DNA from: Candidatus Peregrinibacteria bacterium
Lineage (GTDB): Bacteria; Patescibacteriota; Gracilibacteria; Peribacterales; Peribacteraceae
DNA: 64,000 bases
Direction of reading: 5' to 3'
Assembly: GCA_018648865.1 (NCBI GenBank)
Contig: JABGQH010000009.1
Span: 12,917 to 76,916 of the forward strand
This document shows positions 60,385-64,000 of this stretch, in pieces. Position 1 is the stretch's first letter. Each line of letters opens with the position of its first letter. Under the pieces are notes generated by a model. That model did no database searches, was not told where the DNA came from, and saw nothing but the letters and a program-made list of their open reading frames with translations. A program made the translations under genes and the position numbers.

Positions 60385-62712
60385 TTATGAAAGATTTTCT
60401 TCTATCTTCTTAATTAAATCATCATTAGTTGGCATGTTGTCCTTAGGGCACTCTCTATTTGCCCAGAATTCTCTAAGTGAATCACAATATCCTTTTTCGG
60501 TTAGTAATTTACTTACGAATGGCTTTGCTGAATTTTTGAATCTACTGTTTTTCAGATTATTAGAGATTTCAGAGATAGCTGTAACAAAAGCATCTTCTCC
60601 TCCACAAACTTCTGTTCTTACCTCATCTTCTATAGCATTTTGAATACTCTCTGGATCTATTCCTGCCATAAAGTATAAATCTTTAGCTTTTGCAGATGGG
60701 AAATATCTATTAACTCCAAGCTTGCGCACTGAACAAGGCAAATTAAAGTCAGCAACAATATCAGAAACATGAGAAGCTAATCCACCTTCATTATTATGAT
60801 CTTCTACAACTATTAGGTGACCTGTTTCTATTGCTGCCTGAATTATACTTGCTGAATCAATTGGTCTAACACAAGAGATATTTAGTACACGGACCTTTAC
60901 TCCATCTGACTCTTTGCTTAGCTCATCTGCAGCTTCTACTGCGCTATGCACAGGTATACCAGTAGCAATTACAGTAACTTGATCAGTGGTATCACCATTA
61001 CCTCTAATCAAATCTGCTTTTCCATCAAAAATATAATCTGAACTGTAAATTACTGATCCATCTGGTGATTTAAGTTGTTCGTGTCCATCTCTAGGGAAAA
61101 ATGTATAAACACTCTCTTCTCCTTTTGCACTTATTTCTATAGCACGCTCTGCCATTGCAGCAGCTTGATTACAATCTGCAGATAGCCACACTTGTGTGTG
61201 ATCCAATGGAATGTTTAAGTAATTTCTTTCTTGGTGGGTTTCTCCATCTTCTCCAACACTTAGACCAGTGTGAGTACAATCATGAATTACTCCGCATTTA
61301 GTATGACCACAATTGATATCAATCAATCTAGCATTTGCTCTAGCCTCGTTTGTTCCAAATGCAGAGAACGTATATGTAATTGGCAATAATCCTGTTTGTC
61401 TCATGCCAGCTGCCATCATATACATGTTTGCCTCTGCAACTCCTACGTTTATTATTCTTTCTGGTAGCTCTTTCTCTATTGCACTAAATCCACCAGAACC
61501 TGCTAAATCTGCATGTAATACTAAAATACGATCATCTGCTTTCATCAAATTTAATACATGAACTGCTCCAAAGTCTTTTCTAGCAGCTCCTTTTGCATCT
61601 GTGATTGTTCTTTTGTAGCCAGAGCTATTAAGCTTTTCCATATCTAATTTAACTAATATATTTGTTTCTACAGATGGATTTGCTTCGTATCTCTTTTGCT
61701 CCTTTCCTCTAAACTCTTCATATGATTTTATCAAATCATTTAGAGGTGGTAATTGAGCTAGAGCTTTTTCTGCTTCTTCATCTGTAAGTGGTGCACCATG
61801 GTAATTCTTACCACCTGTATTAGATGCTTCTTCCATGAAATCAATTCCATTACCCATGGTTGTGTAATAACAAACAAATATTGGTTTGCCTTTACCTACT
61901 AAGTCATTAACTGTCTTTAAGGCAGTAGACACTTGATCAGGATTATTCCCATCCTGCACTTCTATAACTTGCCATCCAGCTGCTACTGCCATTGCAGAAA
62001 AATCAGATGCAAAAACCTCTGTAGCTGCAGTACTTAATTGAATATCGTTAAAGTCTCCATGAACTACCAAGTTATCTAGTTTTAGATTAGAGGCTAATCG
62101 AAATGCCTCATAAACTTGTCCTTCTTGTGCGTCTCCATCTGCAAGTATCACATCTACAATTCCTTTCTTGTTCTGATGTTTTAGTCCAAATGCAACACCT
62201 AAAGCATTAGATGGCCCTTTTCCAAGAGGCCCAGTTCCAAAAGGAATAGATCCAATACCAGCTTCGACGTGGCCTGGTAGTCCATCTGGAGTTCTAAATG
62301 TCTCTATAATACTATTTGGGCTATTTAAACGTTTGTCGTCTGCTCCTCTTCCAAATAACCATTCTAATCCATATGCCAAGATAGATAAGTGTCCTGCACT
62401 CATTCTTAATGGCTGATCTACAGATAGGTCTCGTTCCTTATTAATAAAATATCCCAGAGTAAAAGCAGATAGTGATCCACCAGGATGACCAGAACTATGA
62501 GCTCTAGGTGCCTGTACAGCCAAATGACACAGAATATTTTCTGCGATTTGGTACTGCTTGGCTTCCTCTTCAGTTAGAGAAATGGCTTCATTTGGCCCTA
62601 TCCATATAGAGTCAACTTGCTCACTAGTTTCTAAAATTCGTTGGCAAGACATTGGAACAGTCTTGACATCTTTTCCAATTAATGTGGATTTGTCTGGTCT
62701 TTGAACGGGCAT
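60385..62712 (-). CDS. tkt: Transketolase (fused N- and C-terminal domains, with extensions)
   Basis: SGHPGGSLS, TGPLGKG, DGDAQEGQ ThDP motif, NVGVAE, GEDGETHQ. Confidence 0.88.
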   Translation of the reverse strand: MPVQRPDKSTLIGKDVKTVPMSCQRILETSEQVDSIWIGPNEAISLTEEEAKQYQIAENILCHLAVQAPRAHSSGHPGGSLSAFTLGYFINKERDLSVDQPLRMSAGHLSILAYGLEWLFGRGADDKRLNSPNSIIETFRTPDGLPGHVEAGIGSIPFGTGPLGKGPSNALGVAFGLKHQNKKGIVDVILADGDAQEGQVYEAFRLASNLKLDNLVVHGDFNDIQLSTAATEVFASDFSAMAVAAGWQVIEVQDGNNPDQVSTALKTVNDLVGKGKPIFVCYYTTMGNGIDFMEEASNTGGKNYHGAPLTDEEAEKALAQLPPLNDLIKSYEEFRGKEQKRYEANPSVETNILVKLDMEKLNSSGYKRTITDAKGAARKDFGAVHVLNLMKADDRILVLHADLAGSGGFSAIEKELPERIINVGVAEANMYMMAAGMRQTGLLPITYTFSAFGTNEARANARLIDINCGHTKCGVIHDCTHTGLSVGEDGETHQERNYLNIPLDHTQVWLSADCNQAAAMAERAIEISAKGEESVYTFFPRDGHEQLKSPDGSVIYSSDYIFDGKADLIRGNGDTTDQVTVIATGIPVHSAVEAADELSKESDGVKVRVLNISCVRPIDSASIIQAAIETGHLIVVEDHNNEGGLASHVSDIVADFNLPCSVRKLGVNRYFPSAKAKDLYFMAGIDPESIQNAIEDEVRTEVCGGEDAFVTAISEISNNLKNSRFKNSAKPFVSKLLTEKGYCDSLREFWANRECPKDNMPTNDDLIKKIEENLS

Positions 62713-62911
62713 GATTATCGGGGAAATTTGTGACGTATTCTAGTGTATGTTTAATTTCTTCTCAATGCTACTGGCTTAATCAGAAGAGAATTTTCTTTTT
62801 ACTGCAAGTTGCGCTTCTTGACCTGATATAAAACAGCGGTAACCTTGTGTTCTTCGCGGATTTAACCGCAATTACTTTGATGTGTTATCTTTGATTTCTA
62901 CCCCTCATTTT

Positions 62912-63010
62912 ATGAGAATAAAATCCAAAAGTGCCTCAAGTCGTTCACTTATCGGAATAAATGTATCTGTAATCGTATTACTTTCTTTAATGATGTTGGT
63001 AGCTGGATAA
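62912..63010 (+). CDS. Unannotated 32-aa single-TM peptide
   Basis: MRIKSKSASSRSLIGINVSVIVLLSLMMLVAG*; ACCCC motif 7 nt before ATG; stop abuts the convergent gene. Confidence 0.5.
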   Translation: MRIKSKSASSRSLIGINVSVIVLLSLMMLVAG

Positions 63011-63011
63011 A

Positions 63012-63662
63012 TTAAACCTTCTTGCTAAGTACCAAAACTAAATTATCTCCGTTTTCTATTTCTTCTTTTACTCCCGTCCAATTATGGATGGAGTTTAGGA
63101 GTGTATCGAATTCATATTCATACCCTTCTCCTCTACGTGTACCAGGGTCATTAGTGATGAAATGGGTATCTGTGTAACCAGTGATAACTAACATGTGATA
63201 CCAAGGCCCTTCACCCGAAAAATAAGGATTGTCTAATTTTCTACCTGCTGCAGGAACTATAATTGGATTCCCTTCATCTATACTATTTTTTAAATCATCA
63301 ATCGATGGATTAACTACGATAGCTGCTAGGTAATCAAAATAAGTTACAGAGATCTCCGCAAGCTCTTGAATTGTAACGTCTTCGGGATACTGATTTTTAG
63401 ATTCCCATCTAAGTAGAGACAAAAGTTCACTATTTGCAGATTCTGGATTCATATCTTTGTTTTCAAAGAAGTTATGAACCATTAACAAAGACATCTCTTC
63501 ACATGCTTCTTGGTAAGGATCATCCCAGTTCGCAAATGGGGCTTGTGATGAAAAGGGGACTCCTAGAACATTTGAGTTTTGTTCATTTTCTTTTTCAGAT
63601 TGAATAGTTGAGCAGGAGCTCAGCAAGAATACACAGGTAATTAGTAGTGATAATTTATTCAT
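63012..63662 (-). CDS. Peptidase C39-like lipoprotein
   Basis: Lipobox LSSC; VPFSSQAP...QEACEE, HMLVITGY, NDPG. Confidence 0.85.
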   Translation of the reverse strand: MNKLSLLITCVFLLSSCSTIQSEKENEQNSNVLGVPFSSQAPFANWDDPYQEACEEMSLLMVHNFFENKDMNPESANSELLSLLRWESKNQYPEDVTIQELAEISVTYFDYLAAIVVNPSIDDLKNSIDEGNPIIVPAAGRKLDNPYFSGEGPWYHMLVITGYTDTHFITNDPGTRRGEGYEYEFDTLLNSIHNWTGVKEEIENGDNLVLVLSKKV

Positions 63663-63745
63663 ATATAAATTTAAGGGGAGATCTTTGCTTCAATGATAGG
63701 TGGCCTATGTGGTATACTATACAGCGTATTCCCACATACTTAACA

Positions 63746-64000
63746 ATGAAACTTTTCCTAGATACAGCAAATATTGCTTACGTAGAAGAAATCGCATCAT
63801 GGGGTGTATTAGATGGAGTAACTACTAATCCGTCTTTAGTCGCAAAAGAAGGTGCTGACTTCGAAAAGACAGTTAAAGCAATGGGGGATTTGGTTCCATG
63901 TGTTTCAGCTCAAGTTACTGCAACAGATTCGCAAGAGATGATTAAGCAGGGTGAACAGTATGCAAGCTGGCATAAGAATGTTTATGTAAAAGTTCCAATG
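63746..64000 (+). CDS. tal: Transaldolase/fructose-6-phosphate aldolase, 5' part
   Basis: Manual translation MKLFLDTANI...GVLDGVTTNPSL...NVYVKVPM. Confidence 0.9.
   Translation, partial: MKLFLDTANIAYVEEIASWGVLDGVTTNPSLVAKEGADFEKTVKAMGDLVPCVSAQVTATDSQEMIKQGEQYASWHKNVYVKVPM

Overview
AT-rich bacterial chromosomal window using the standard code. It most resembles a CPR/Patescibacteria genome of the Peregrinibacteria/Peribacteria type (inference from gene repertoire: purD, purF, carB, lgt, sortases, SLH/PKD surface proteins, a CPR-type VirD4-like ATPase and Cys-rich zinc-ribbon proteins). Housekeeping genes include holA, greA, carB, mnmA, prfA, purD, purF, folD, tmk, groES/groEL with a CIRCE box, tsaD, lgt, a Mur ligase, transketolase and transaldolase, plus three tRNAs. 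The most striking element is a 13.5-kb head-to-tail array of eight divergent ~555-aa Cys-rich paralogues (44071-57545). Their junctions are near-identical in DNA (one 59-bp exact repeat), and their terminal Val-Tyr-stop codons spell a TATACT -10 box 8 nt before the next ATG. A VirD4/TraD-like ATPase follows the array. Other signals: (i) two tRNA loci are preceded by 5' tRNA fragments broken by small palindromic inserts; (ii) translation initiation appears to use two modes, leaderless genes and leadered genes with a TTCCC/CCCC motif instead of Shine-Dalgarno; (iii) an EamA gene apparently starts at ATC; (iv) a dockerin/cohesin/sortase-substrate operon; (v) three unannotated small membrane peptides. 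All calls were made by eye, without database searches.
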